Source: Plasmodiophora brassicae
Taxonomy: Eukaryota
Assembly: GCA_036867785.1 (NCBI GenBank)
Contig: CP145420.1
Location: 1,178,001-1,242,000 of the forward strand
Length of the DNA: 64,000 bases
Direction of reading: 5' to 3'
Shown here piece by piece: positions 22,205-35,554 of this stretch. The stretch's first letter is position 1; every line of letters begins with the position of its first letter. The position numbers and the translations under genes were made by a program. The notes under the pieces were generated by a model, which saw nothing but the letters and a program-made list of their open reading frames with translations, did no database searches and was not told the DNA's origin.

Positions 22205-25200
22205 CTAGTGGATTGCGTTGAAGACCGCGGTGACCTGGTCGTAGTCGAATGCGACCAGGGCGTGCTGCAGGTCGGGCAGGCGCTGCTGGACGGGGCGGCC
22301 CAGCAGGCGGTGCACGTCGACGAACAGGTCGGTGAGCATCGTGCGCAGGAAGTCCAGGTGGCGCGGCGCCACGGCCACGTCGCGCTGGATGTCGTCCGCG
22401 TGCGCCAGGATGTCGACGTACTCGGGCGACAGGTACCGCAGGCAGGCGTCCTCGCCCTGCACAGACGCGCGATCAGCGAACCGATGCCCGGGGGCGTCAA
22501 CGGGCGCAGGCCGCTGGCGTGCGCACCTCCTGCGTCACGATCTCCTTCAGGGCGGCCACCTTGCCGACCTTGGACGCCAGCGACGTGTGGCACCGGACCT
22601 TAGGGCCGATACGCTCGACGAGCGACATGACGGACGACGCGTCTAGGTCGACGTCCATCGTGAACGGCACCTTGGCGAGCGTGGCTTCCTGCCCAGGAAC
22701 GTGTCGATCAGTACGAGTCCGGGGCACGCCTCCACCCGGGACGCACCTTGGAGATCACCTCCCGGATGATGGAGATCGTGCTACAGGAATCGGACGTGAA
22801 CGTCGCCTCGCCCTTCCTGCACAGCAGACCCCGTCATCAATCAGGCAGGCAGTGGGCGACCTGGCGCTGCCGGCGACGTACTGGTACTGGCAGGTCAGGT
22901 GCGACCCGAGGAACACGTTGCGGTACGTCAGGCGCACGTCCGACTGCGACACGTGCCCGGACACGTCGGGCAGGCACTGTCCCACCCAGCCGTGCATCTG
23001 GGTGCGCTCCCGTTAGACAGCGTGCCTTCACCGTCCGCGCGTGCCGCCCGTACCTGGGCCAGCGTGAACGACCCGCGGAATCGGATGCTGTTCATGGCGA
23101 ACTTGGACGGCGGCAGGGACGGCACCTTCTCGTGCAGCGACAACGGCTTGATCGGTATCGTGACGGTCTGCACGTGTTACGCGTGAGCGGGTGTGCGGGT
23201 GCGGGGGGCGGTCTGTGGGGACCCAGGGCACCCATGGACGCACCTGGGCAGTCTTTGGGTACAACTTCGGTATGATGCAGATCCTCAGGTCGCCGGACCG
23301 CCCTTCCAGCGTCCTGATCTGCAGGGTGGCGCGATTGCAGGAGTCCACCGGGCGCAGCGTCGCCAGCATCTCGCCCTCTGGTGCCACCGCCCCGATTAGA
23401 GCAACCCGTAAACGCTGTGCCGCCCGTCCGGCCGGTTACCATGGTCGCTGGGCGACGTGCTGACGATGGCCGACGAATTCAGGATCATCACTGATCGCAG
23501 CAGCTGTCACCGAACAGGGGGGCACAACGCTGCCGAGCGTTGCGTTGCGTACCGGTGACATCGGATCTCAGGGCGACGACGTCGATGGGCATCTCGATCT
23601 CGATGGCCAGGACGTAGGCGCCCAGGTCGGGATCCAGGCGGAACGTCTGCTGCACGTGGAACTGCGTCTCGACGGCCACCAGCTCGTTGCTCTGCTGCTG
23701 GTACGCCGCCCGCCTGCCGTTCAGCTGCTTCGTCACGTCGTCGAGCTGCGCCCTGACGGCGGCGATCTCGGCGGCCAGGCGCGGGTCGCCGCCTGCGCCC
23801 GCCTGCAAAGGTGCCGCGCTTGACGATGCGCTTCGCAGCAGCGGGCCCGCGCCGATGATGCTCGGCGTGCGCTTGGACGACGACGACGACGACGGGTCGG
23901 TCGTGCGGGACGGCGCCCGGCGCAGCAGGGTGACGGCGCCGTCGTACGTGACGACAACGACCTCGTGGAAGGCCACGGACGTGATGTGCCCGGCGTCCAG
24001 GGCGCTGATCGACCCCGGGAACACGGTCCTGTACGCCGGGATCAGCGTCGACCCTGTAAAAGATGGCCACGTGCGCACACGCCCCTGGTCAGTGCACACG
24101 GGCGCGCGTCGGCGTCGCTGTACGTACCCGTCGTGCCGTTCTCCCACGTGTACACGGCGACGGTGCCGCAATCGAACCCCACGACGACGTCGTCGCCGCC
24201 CGTCTGCACATCGGGCACGCGCAGCGACGATCAGTGGCGGCGAGGACAACGGGTGCGCGACACCGACGTTGCTGAGGTCGGTGTGCGTCATGCAGGTGAC
24301 GGCGCCGTGCCGGGTCTCGAACAGGAAGTCCTGGCGCAGGAGCGTGCCGCCCGCGCCCATCAGCACCTGACCTGCAACACGCCCATGTTCGCATGCTGTG
24401 CAAGCCGACCGGTGTCAGGCACCTACCTAGCTGGCCGCGCGACGTCCCGAACAGGATGCGCCGCACGCCCCTGTAGACCGAGTCGCCGTCCAACGCCGTT
24501 CCTGTTGTCGTTGCCGTCGACACGGGCGCCTCGTACGACCCTGGGCACGCGCATGGTCACCATGACGACCACCTGGGAGGGGGTGGGATCATCTGCGGGG
24601 GTGGCGTACCTGGCGTCGGGTACGCCATCACCTGGGTGACCGGGGCGCAGACGGCCATTTCGCTGACCAGGTTCGCACCTGATCAAGTACGCACGTCGCC
24701 CCCAGGGAGGGGGCGGGCACCGGTCAGTACGCCCCATCCGCCGCACGACGCCCCAACCGGGTTTACCATTGACGACGCGGATGTGGCTGTCCTGGCAGGC
24801 CAGGACCGCGAGCAGGGCCGGCGGGGACGCGCCGTCGGCGTCAAACTCGATCGTGAAGTGGTTGATGACGTCGTCGCACATGAAGAAGGCGGTGTCGACG
24901 CAGTTGTCGAACCGGTTCAGGACGTATTCGCCCGACGCCCATATCGTGACGTTGTCGACGACCATGTGCCGGATGTCCTGGACGCGACGCGTTCGGTGGG
25001 TGACACGGACGACACCGACGACGACGACGACGGGCACCTACCTCGTTCAGCGTCGTCGCGAACTTGAAGAACTCCTTGCCGTTCTTCTTCACGCCGACGA
25101 CCGTGTGCCCGTAGGCGATGAACACCTTGTCCTTGTGCGCCCGGGGCCCGCCCAGCGCCAACGCCGTCACCTCGCGTTCGCCCGGCGGCGTCCTGAAGAT

Positions 25201-25452
25201 GTGCTGTGGCAGAGGGTGCACGTGTTTAGCGGGCCGCCAGGCATGGTGGAAATCGGGGGCGGGCGCGCCTGTGTGCCCGGGACGCACCTCGACATTGGCT
25301 GGATTCGTCAGACGCCAGCAGGCGACGACCCCGGCCCGGTCGCCGGCCACCACCTTCTGCTCCTTGTGGGCCGCCGATGGCAGGACAGCCATGGCGTTGC
25401 GCACGGCCGACGACGCCTGCCCGACGGCGCATGGCGTCTGCTGGATATCCAT
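22205..25452 (-). CDS. BBS7: Bardet-Biedl syndrome 7 protein (BBSome), multi-exon
   Basis: QKVVAGDRAGVV, KVFIAYG..VVGVKKNGKEFFKF, VLACQDSHIRV, CNRATLQIRTLEG and YRNVFLGSHLTCQY. Confidence 0.92.
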
Positions 25453-25761
25453 CCGGCGATGCACGCCAACCGTCCCCAGGGGGCAGCGCGCGCCCGATTC
25501 GGCAACGTGTGGTGGCGATCGACGACGAGTGTGACTCACAGAGAGAGGCGGAGGGCGGCCACCTGCCTAGAGGCGCCCGCCGCTCGGGTCGTACCGTGCC
25601 CTGGTAACGGGGCGGGCGGCTGATACATGCACCCGAACGTGACGAGGGCGACTCTCCAGCGTATCGCCGGACGCTGACGTGCCCTGCCTGATGGACGGAA
25701 CCGTGGCGAGCGTATCACGTGTTTAGTGCTGAGCGAAACGAGCAGGTGCGCGCCCCGGTCG

Positions 25762-28624
25762 TCAGTCGGCGACATTGGCCATGGCTTCGTCGGACGTCAG
25801 CGTGGCATCGTCGAGCTCGGTCACCATCCCATGTGGACTGCGCCCCGGCAGGACGCGGGCAGGCATGGGCGCCAGCGTGTCGTTGTCGTCCGTCGTGGAC
25901 GACGACGACCATGTCGTGGCGGCCGCCTGGGGCGTCGTTGTTGGCGACGTCCTCCAGTGCCATGGCCGCTTCTGCCAGGCGTGATCCGGTTGTCGTCGCT
26001 GATCATCGAACGCCGCCGAGGCGCCGCCCGACGACACCAGACTGCTGATCGCGAACGTCGGGAAGGGCGCCGGCTGCTGCTGCTGCTGCTGCTGCTGCTG
26101 GGGCATCGTGTAGGGCGCCAGGACGGCTCCCGGCTGGGCGTACGCCGGGTACCGCTCCGGCGAGTACGCCACCGCCGTCAGCGGTTGAACGGGGTGCATG
26201 GTCGCCGGCGATGTCATGAACGACCGCAGTACTGGAGCGGGCGATGAGCCGTGGGCCGGGCGCTGACGCCGACCGACGTAGGCGATGGCGAGCAGGAGCA
26301 CGAGCAGGACGCCGACCAGCGTGGTCAGTAGCATCGCCGTGAACGTCCATGATGCCAGGAGCGACGGTGACGACGTCCCGCCAGGCCCTGGTCTGTTGGC
26401 GTCGGTCGCCGGCTGGAGGCAGGTCTGCGGGTCGGCCGTCGCCGGGCCGAATACGCCCAGCGAGCACTGCCGCAGGTCGACCAGGTCGACGCGAGCCCGC
26501 ACGTTCGGGTCAATGGTCGCCGTCAGCCGGTCCAGGATCAGGTCGGCGTACAGCGTCGTCGAGGCCGGCGCGGCGAACGCGTTGACCAGGGCGACGGCCA
26601 CGTTGGCCATCTCGGTCAGGTTGCCCGGCGATGCCGTCGGCAACAGCAGGAACGTGATCGTCGACTGGTCGGCGTTGGCCGTCAGGTGCACGCCCGTGAA
26701 CCGTGTCGCTGGCAGGCCCGTCGACAGGGCCAGGGCGCGGATGAGGTCGCGCGGCAGGGCCACGTTGACCTCGCTGGAGGTGTACGTGGACGTGCCCAGG
26801 CGTGCCGCCACCGTGAACCTGGTCAGAACACACAAATCGTCAGCACGGCGTACACTGGCCGGAACGCCCTGACTTGCGAACGTGTCTTACTGGCAGGCTT
26901 TGAACACCGCCCCGATGGGCAGCGTCGCGTACGACGGCGTCGGCGTCGTTGTCGTCGTGGCGACCGCGACTGTGGCCTTTCGTGACGCCGATCGGATTGC
27001 GATACCGTTCCTGGCCCGGGAGGCGAGCGTGGTCGAAGCGGGTCTCGGTTGCTGCTGGGAATATCGGGGTCTGGCCAGGGTGCCCGTTCGACCAGCTGGG
27101 CTGGCGGATCCGGGCAGAGGGTACGGGGACATGGCCGACGACGACGTCGACGAGCCCTGACCGACGCCCCTAATGTTCCGTATGGAGAACCATTTCCATT
27201 CGGTCTGCTGGGCGCTGTCCACTGGACCCGTCAGCGACAGCGTGCACGTCTGCGCCAGAGCGTGTCGCCCGTCAGGTGATCGGATCAGCGGTACACGCGT
27301 GGCACACGTGGGTACGTGCTGACCTTGCCGGGCGTGATCAGGTTGGCAGTGTATCCCGGGTAACTGCCCTGATCCGAGTAATTGCACGGGTACGTGGACG
27401 GCGTGAACGGATCAACCGTGGGCCAGTCATTGGCGTCGGTACGGGTCAGGACCTGCTGCCACGTCCCTGGACGGTCGCCAGGAGTCAGCTACCGTCGGGT
27501 CTCCCGGCGAACGCAGACGACGGCCGGGGGGCTGACCTCCGTTGACACCTTCTGTGTAGTCCACGTACAGGTCGACCTGGACAGTGCTGGCGACATGCGC
27601 GTCAGACTAACGATGCCCACCTCTCCGGCCGCGGCCGCTTCGGGGCGCAGCGTACCTTCGGTTGGAGGCGCTGCGCACGACCATTTTCAGGCCGACGAAC
27701 TTGTCCACCAATGCGGAATAGGGAATGGATGATGCCGCCGTCCTGATCGTCTTCGACTACGCAGGGTAAACAGCAACGACCGCAGCGACGCGTCAGAGGC
27801 AAGGTACAGACGGGCCGGACGTGGTACAGAGATCCCCATACATAGTAACTTTGCAGGTATCGTTTCTGAAGGGCGAACTGTCTGTGGACATTGCATCTGT
27901 GTCAGTCGAGCAATATCGGGTGGCACCGGCCATGCGCGTATCGACACCGACCTGGACTGGAAGTACGCCTTCACCACGTAACATCGGAAGGAGCACGGAT
28001 CTGACCACGTCATGAGATGTCGAAGTATTCGCGTCCGGCTGCCTGGCCGGCGTTGGTCGCAACGCTGTACCGGAAGTGGATCCGCCGCCAAAGCGCGCCT
28101 GAAGGGTGAGTGCGCTGAACGACGTTCCGTTGAGACCGCCTGGACTTCGAGCGTATGCCGTCAGTTCGACGTCCGCCCACCCGTACTTCGTGTTCGTGAC
28201 GGAAAACTCTGGCCCACCTGTGCCGTTGCCATCAGGTCACCACATGCATATCGCAGTAAATGAGACGGTGATAATCTGCAATACCCGAGAGCGTCAAGAC
28301 GCCTCTGGCCAGCGTTGCCAGCCCAGTCCCGCGCAGAAGGGACCGGCTGTCCACCGGGTCTACGCCGCTGGACGCTATGGACCGGTTCGTTGTCCACGAT
28401 GCGTACCAGGACATGTCGTCGTTCACCGTCGGGTACAGCATTCGTATTCCGTCTGGACCCAGCGACCTGCTTGCTGTTGCTGCCGCTCCAGTCGACCGGA
28501 CGCCTATTGCACTGGTTCTCCCCAGGGCACCTGTCATCGCAGTGCCAACGAGCAGGACCACTGTGAACGCGGCCTGCAGATCAAACCGTGGCATGACGTC
28601 GATAACGCTGCCTCCTCTTTGCAT
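25762..28624 (-). CDS. Tandem membrane-protein family, copy A
   Basis: Signal peptide, GPDGIRMLYP...YGWADVELTAY...EWKWFSIRNI ectodomain, S/T linker, FTVAARLG..LPRDL domain, TM helix and P/Q-rich tail. Introns are GT-AG at positions shared with the paralogs. Confidence 0.8.
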
Positions 28625-29263
28625 CGTATACCGAACCCCGATTACACATGCGTAAGCGGGTGGGGTACGATCACTGGCCTCCCGATCGATCCATATAGCA
28701 CGCCGATAGCCAACCTGTGTTTCATCCACAATCCTGAGAGCGTCCCGTGCATATAGGCATGCTGTTCCATCTGATGGTCCCCGGCATCGTCCGAACATAA
28801 AGAGTGATCGGTACATGTCCTGGCGTTATTCTCCAATGCACATCGGGAGTCACTCATGGCAGCCATGTGCCGATGACGTGGTCGAGTACTGGTTCGCGTG
28901 CTCGTGGTCGATGCGGGGGCCTCGTAGTCAGGGGCGCCCACAGTCGACGACTATGTCTTCCTATACGAAGGCAATAGGAGCCAGGCCCGCGCCTCTCTCT
29001 CGTATACACGAAGTACGACTGGCCGAGGGCATCGGGCGCATCGCAGGAGCAGTCCTGGCCTGCAAGATGATACCTTATCGCGACGTACAGAACTCGTATC
29101 TGAATATATAGAGCGTGCGTCGCGACAATGTCCAGTCCTGGACGCAGCCGACAACTGTGGATGCCCCACGCCCTTGTTGAAGCCACGGTACACACGCGAA
29201 CCTGACTCAGGGGCGACTGCCGAACCTGTTTAGTGCTGTGCCAGCGAGGTGCCGGCCCCGTCG

Positions 29264-32070
29264 TCAGTCGGCGACACTGGCCATGGCGTCATCGGACGTC
29301 AGCGTGTCGGCCACCATCCCATGTGGACTGCGCCCCGGCAGGACGCGGGCAGGCCCGGGTGCCAGCGTGTCGTTGTCGTCCGTCGTGGACGACGACGACG
29401 ACGATGCCGTGCCGATCGTGGCGTCCGCCGCCTTGGGCGTCGCTGTCGGCGCCCGCCACTGCCATGGCCGTCTGCCAGCCGTGATCCGGACGTCGTCGCT
29501 GATCATCGAATGCCGTCGAGGCGTCGCCCGGCGACACCAAATTGCTGATCGCGAACGTCGGGAAGGGCGCGGCCGGCTGCTGCTGCTGGGGCATCGCGTA
29601 GGGCGCCAGGACGTCTCCCGGCTGGGCATACGCTGAGTACCGCCCCGGCGTGTACGCGGCCGAGTGGTACGCGGGCGGCGATGCCGCCAGCGGCTGAACG
29701 GGGAGCATGGTCGCCGGCGATGTCCTGAACGACCACGGTGGAGCGGGCGATGAGCCGGGGGCCGAGCCCTGACGCCGACTGGCGTAGGCGACGGCGAGCA
29801 GCAGCACGAGCAGGACGCCGACCAGCGCGGTCAGTAGCGTCGCCGTGAACGTCCATGGTGCCAGGAGCGACGGTGACGACGTCCCGCCCGACGTCCCGCC
29901 CGACCCGGGCGGTCTGCTGGCCCCGGTCGCCGGCTGGAGGCAGGTCTGCGGGTCGGCCGTCGCCGGGCCGAAGACGCCCGGCGAGCACTGCCGCAGGTCG
30001 ACCAGGACGACGCGAGCGCGCACGTTCGGGTCAATCGTCGACGTCAGCCGGTCGAGGAGCAGGTCGGCGTACAGCGACGAGGTCGGCGTGGCGAACGCGT
30101 GGACCAGGGCGACGGCCACGCTGGCCAGCTCGGTCAGGTTGCCCGGCGATGCCGTCGGCAGCAGGTAGAACGTGATCGTCGACTGGTCGGCGTTGGCGTT
30201 CAGGTGCACGCCCGTGAACCGTGCGGCGGATATGCCCGCCGTCGATGCCATGGCGTTGGCGAGATCGCGCGGCAGGTCCACGTTGGTCTCCGTCCAGGAA
30301 TAGGTGGCCGTCCCGAGGCGCGCCGCCACTGTGAACCTGCGACAACAAAGAGGCGTTAGTCGCGCGCGCCTCCCGACCGCCACCGGATGCCATACGTACT
30401 GGTAGGCTTTGAAGGCCTTGCCAATAGGTAGTGCAAGCGGGGTCGCTGGCGCCGTACTTGTGATCGTGACGTCGCCCGCACCTGCCGCCGCGCTTGTTCT
30501 GCGGACGCTGATCAGGGACGGGCGCCGCCTCGTTGACGTCCTGCGAGTAAGGGATCCCTTCGCTGACTGCGTCGGGACCGTCCGCAACGCCCTGCCAGTG
30601 GTCGACGAGGGGCGGGCGTCCCCAATGTTTCGTATGGAGAACCATTTCCATTCCGACTGCTGGGCGCTGTTCTCCGGACTCGTCAGCGTGATCATGCACG
30701 TCTAGACATGAGGGCAAGCATTCGTCAGGTGATCGGCGAGGTGCGTAGATACGCCTAGAGCAGGAGATACCTTGCCGGGCGTGAGGATGTTGGCGGTATA
30801 CCCCTGGTAGGCGCCCTGATCCGAATAGTTGCACGGGTACGTGGCCGGCGTGTACGGGTTGATGGTCGGCCAGTCGTTGGCATCGATGCGCGCGAGGACG
30901 TTCTGCCACGTGCCTTTGCCCGTTTAGGGTGAGTCCACTAGCGCATTTGCCCGTGCTGGGGAGGTCTATCCACCAACCTCCTTTGACGCCTTCGCTATAG
31001 TCCACGTACAGGGCGACGGCTACCGTGCTACACAGGGGGGGCGCCCCGACGTCATTCCCATGACGACACGTTGCAGAATCGCGGAGCAACGCGCGTACCT
31101 GCTGTTCGAGGCGCTGCGAACGATCAGCTTCATGCCGACGAACCGGCTGACAAACGCGGAATAGGGTACGGATGACGTCTCCGTCCTCGCCGAGGCCGAC
31201 TGCGCGCGCAGGCATCATCGAACGAGACCGGGCGCGCTGTTGCAAAGGGGAATGGCCCTAGCTTACATAATGGGTCGCCAAGTACTGCTTCTGCATGCCG
31301 AATTGCCTACGCAGGCGTGGCCGTGTTATAAAGGCGCGGCGCCACGATACCAAACGCGGGCTCAGACCTGGATGCGAAGTAGGTTTTCGCCAGGTAGCAC
31401 CTGAAGGAGCATTGATCTGCAACGACGACGACGACGTGGGCGCACAGTCATTCGATCGGGGTCATCACCCGAGCACGGCCCACGAGGGTCGTACCGGCCG
31501 ACGATGCGCCACCGGAGCGCGCCTGGATCATGAACCCGGTGAAAGCGGTACCGTTGAGGCCGGACGGGTTGCGGGCGTACACGGTCAGCTCGACATTGCC
31601 CCACCCGTACTTGTCGTTCGCGACAGACAGCGTCGGGGAACCTGTGCGGCCATCGCCCGTGATTTCAGTTCAGGGGTGAATGCCACTGCTGGCCCAGCAG
31701 GCGTACCCGTGATCGTCATGAGGCCGTTGGCGATTCTCGCCGACCCGGGCCCGTGCAGTACCGACCGGCTGTCGAACGGGTCGACGGTGGCCCCGCCCGT
31801 CTGCACGATCGACCGGTTGGTCGACCACGACGCCGCTGAGTACCAGGACATGTCGTCGTTCACCGTCGGGTACAGCATCTGGATGCCGTCTGGCCCCAGC
31901 CACTTGCTTGCTGGTGCTGCCGCTCCAGTCGATCGTGCACCTATTGCACTGATCGGCGTCGTTGTCCCCAGGGCACCTGTCATCGCAGTGCCAACGAGCA
32001 GGACCACTGTGAACACGCCCTGCGGATCAAGCCGGGGCATGACGTCGATATCGCTGCCTCCTCTTTGCAT
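29264..32070 (-). CDS. Tandem membrane-protein family, copy B (chimeric; frameshifted tail, actual stop at 29289)
   Basis: Same exon structure as copy A, with a 2-nt deletion at about 29471 relative to A. Confidence 0.8.
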
Positions 32071-32486
32071 GTGCCAAACCCCGATTACACCCCTGTAAGC
32101 AGGCGCGGTACGACCATTGTCCTCCCGATCGATCCCATATACGTGGCACTCCGATAGCCAACCCTTGTTTCATCCGGTACTGGTTAGCGTGGTCGTGGTC
32201 GATGCCGGGGGCCTCGTAGTCAGAGAGGCGACCACAGTCGACTACGATACCTTCCTATACGAAGGCAATAACTGCCAGGCCCTCGCCTCTCCCTGGTACA
32301 CACCATGTACGACCGGCCGAGGGGCGGGGCACATTGCAGGAGCTGGCTTGCAAGCGGATACTCCATCGCCGCGTACAGCACTCTTATATACACATACAGC
32401 GTGCGTTGCAACGCCTTGGAGTGGCCCGGTTCATAAGCACCTTTATATTGTTTGGGGATCAGGCAACTCATGAATAGAGCTGCCGG

Positions 32487-35293
32487 TCATTCGGCGACCC
32501 TGTCCCTGGATCGGTGTGGTGATATCGCAGGCAGAGGTGCGGTCGGCAGCGTATCGCCATCGTCCGTCGACGACGACATGTACGTATTGTCATGCTCTGC
32601 TGCCGCCATCGCCCTCCATCGCCTCTGCCGCGCATCGAGACGGTGTGCGGCCATCGTGGGCATCACCGCGGGGCCGCCAACGGAGGACGTCGTCGCGAGA
32701 GTCGGTGCGACGTACGTCTGCCCCGTCGGGTACATGCTCATCGTGGAGAGTTGCGGCTGGAAATACATTTGGGGCGCCGACGTCAGCGACTGGATCGGGA
32801 GCGCCATGCTGCTGGGATGGACGGCCATGTGCGCCGGCGCTGACGACGAGTTACCTGGAGGCCTGCGCCTGCGCCGCCGGCAGTAGACCACGCCGGCACA
32901 CGTGATCGTCACGAGGGCGACGAGCGCGACGCCTGCCAGCGACAGCAGCATCTCCAGGGGCGTCCATGCCGTCAGGAACGATGCCAATACTCCTGCAGGG
33001 CGCGGGGTACCGGGCCCGGGTACCCTGTTTGGCGCCGGCGACGTCAACCTTGTTGTTGGCGTCGACGACGACGACGGCTGCAGGCAGGTATCGTGGAGCG
33101 CATCAGTATCGGCCGGTGCGAATACGCCCGGCGAGCACTGTTGCAGGTTGGCGAGGTCAGACCGGGCGCGGATGCTCGGGTCGATCGTGGACGTGACACG
33201 CCCGAGAAACAGGCTCGCGTACAGCGACGACGTGGGCGTGGCGAATGCACTCACGAGCACGAAGGCCACGTTGGCCATCTCCGTCAGATTCGAGGGCGAT
33301 ATCGTCGGCAGCAGGTAGAACGTGATCGTCGACTGGTCGGCGTTGGCGTTCAGGTGCACGCCCGTGAACCGTGCGACGGATATGCCCGCCGTCAATGCCA
33401 TGGCGTTGGCGAGGTCGCGCGGCAGGTCGACGTTGATCTCCGCCCAGGAATAGGTGGCCGTCCCGAGGCGCGCCGCCACTGTGAACCTGCGACAACAAGC
33501 GTACCCGTATCAGTCCCGCGCCGTTGCATACGCGCCGCCCGACCACCGCCTGGTGCCCTACTGGTACGCTTTGAAGGCCTTGCCAATAGGCAACGCAAGC
33601 GGAGCCGCTGGCGCCGACGACGTGAGTACGGCTGCAATCCGCGACGACGACGACGGCGACGTCGCTTGGGCGGTACTTGTGATCGTGGACCTGATCACGC
33701 TTGTGACGTCGCCCGCACCAGCCGCAGTGCCGGTTATGCGGACGCTGGTCGGCGAAGGGGGCCGCATCGTTGGCTTGCGAGTAAGGGATCCCTTCGCTGA
33801 CTGCTTCGGGACCGTCCGCAACGCCCTGCTAGTTGTCGAGGGGCGGACACCCCCAATGTTCCGTATGGAGAACCATTTCCATTCCGACTGCTGGGCGCTG
33901 TTCTCCGGACTCGTCAGCGTGATCATGCACGTCTGGACAGGGCAAGCATTCGTCAGGTGATCGGCGAGGTGCGTGGATACGCCTAGAGCAGATACCTTGC
34001 CGGGCGTGAGGATGTTCGCGGTATAGCCCGGGTAGGCTCCTTGATCCGAATAATTGCACGGGTACGTGGCCGGCGTGAACGCGCTGTTGGTCGGCCAGTT
34101 ATTGGCGTCGATGCGCGTGAGAACCTTCTGCCACGTGCCTTTGTCCATTTAACGTGAGCCAACAACCTGATCAGCACGTTGCCCATGCTGGGGAGGGCTA
34201 TATATCCACCGACCTCCGTTGACGCCTTCGGTATAGTCCACGTACAGGTCGACCGTCACCGTGCTATATTGTACGCAGGGGCGCCCCGACGTCATTCCCA
34301 TACGATATGTTGCAGAATCGCGGAGCATCGGGTCCCGTACCTGCCGTTCAACGCGCTGCGAACGATCAGCTTCATGCCGATGAACCGGCTGACAAACGCC
34401 GAATAGGGTACGGATGAGGTCGCCGTCCTCACCGAGGCCGACTGCGCACGCGCACCAACGACATGGTCTCAGGCATCATTGAACGAGACCGGAAGCACGG
34501 TTGCCAAGGGGCGTGGCGCTAGCTTACATAATAGGTCGGCAGGTACTGCTTCTGCATGCCGAGTTGCCTACGCAGGCGTGCCCGTGTTATAAGGGCGCGG
34601 CGCCACGATATCTACGCGGGCACAGACCTGGATGCGAAGTAGGTTTTCGCCAGGTAGCACCTGAAGGAGCATTGATCTGCAACGACGACGACGACGTGGA
34701 CGCACGGTCATTCAATTGGGGGATCATCATCCGAGCACGGTCCACGAGAGTCGTACCGATCGATGATGCGCCGCCCGAACGCGCCTGGATCGTGAACCCG
34801 GTGGAGGCGGTGCCGTTGAGGCCGGACGGGTTGCGGGCGTACACGGTCAGCTCGACATTGCCCCACCCGTACTTGTCGTTCGCGACAGACAGCGTCGGGG
34901 AACCTGGTGCCCCCATCGCCCCATATCAGTTCAGGGGTGAATGCCACAGCTGGGCCAGCGACACGTCGAGCGTGCAGGCGTACCCGTGGTCGTCATGAGG
35001 CCGTTGACGATTCTCGCCGACCCGGCTCCATGCAGTATCGACCGGCTGTCGAACGGGTCGACGGTTGCCCCGCCGGTCTGCACGATCGACCGGTTGGTCG
35101 ACCACGACGCCGCTGAGTACCAGGACAGGTCGTCGTTCGCCGTCGGATACAGCATCTGGATGCCGTCCGGGCCAGCCATCTTGCCGGCCGGCAGCATTGA
35201 CGTTGACCGACCCCTCGAGCTGGTCCTGGCCACTGCCACCACCACGAAGCAGGCATGGACGAGCGCGAGCGTCAACAGCGGGTACGTCGGCAT
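32487..35293 (-). CDS. Tandem membrane-protein family, copy C
   Basis: MPTYPLLTLALVHACF signal, GPDGIQMLYP, YGWGNVELTVYARNP, TM helix followed by CRRRRRR, and a divergent tail. Confidence 0.8.
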
Positions 35294-35554
35294 GGCAGGT
35301 GGGGAAACGCGGGCCCTCCGCCCGCTCCCAAAGGGTAAGCGACCTGTTTAATTGACCGAACTGGTGGTACCCCGCCTATTTGCGGGCCGGCTTCAGTCGA
35401 GTACCGGTGGAGGGACCTCGTTCCCTCTTACCAGGACCCTTACCTGGCCGACGACCACGATCACCATCAGCACGTCATGGACATGGCACAATACGTGGGC
35501 GAGCCTGCGACGACGACGTATTGAAACAAACGCGCCCCCAAACGTGTATCATGA

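Noticed and set aside
24520-24610. Apparent frameshift in BBS7
   Set aside because: Using the downstream GTGCCCAG acceptor restores the frame.
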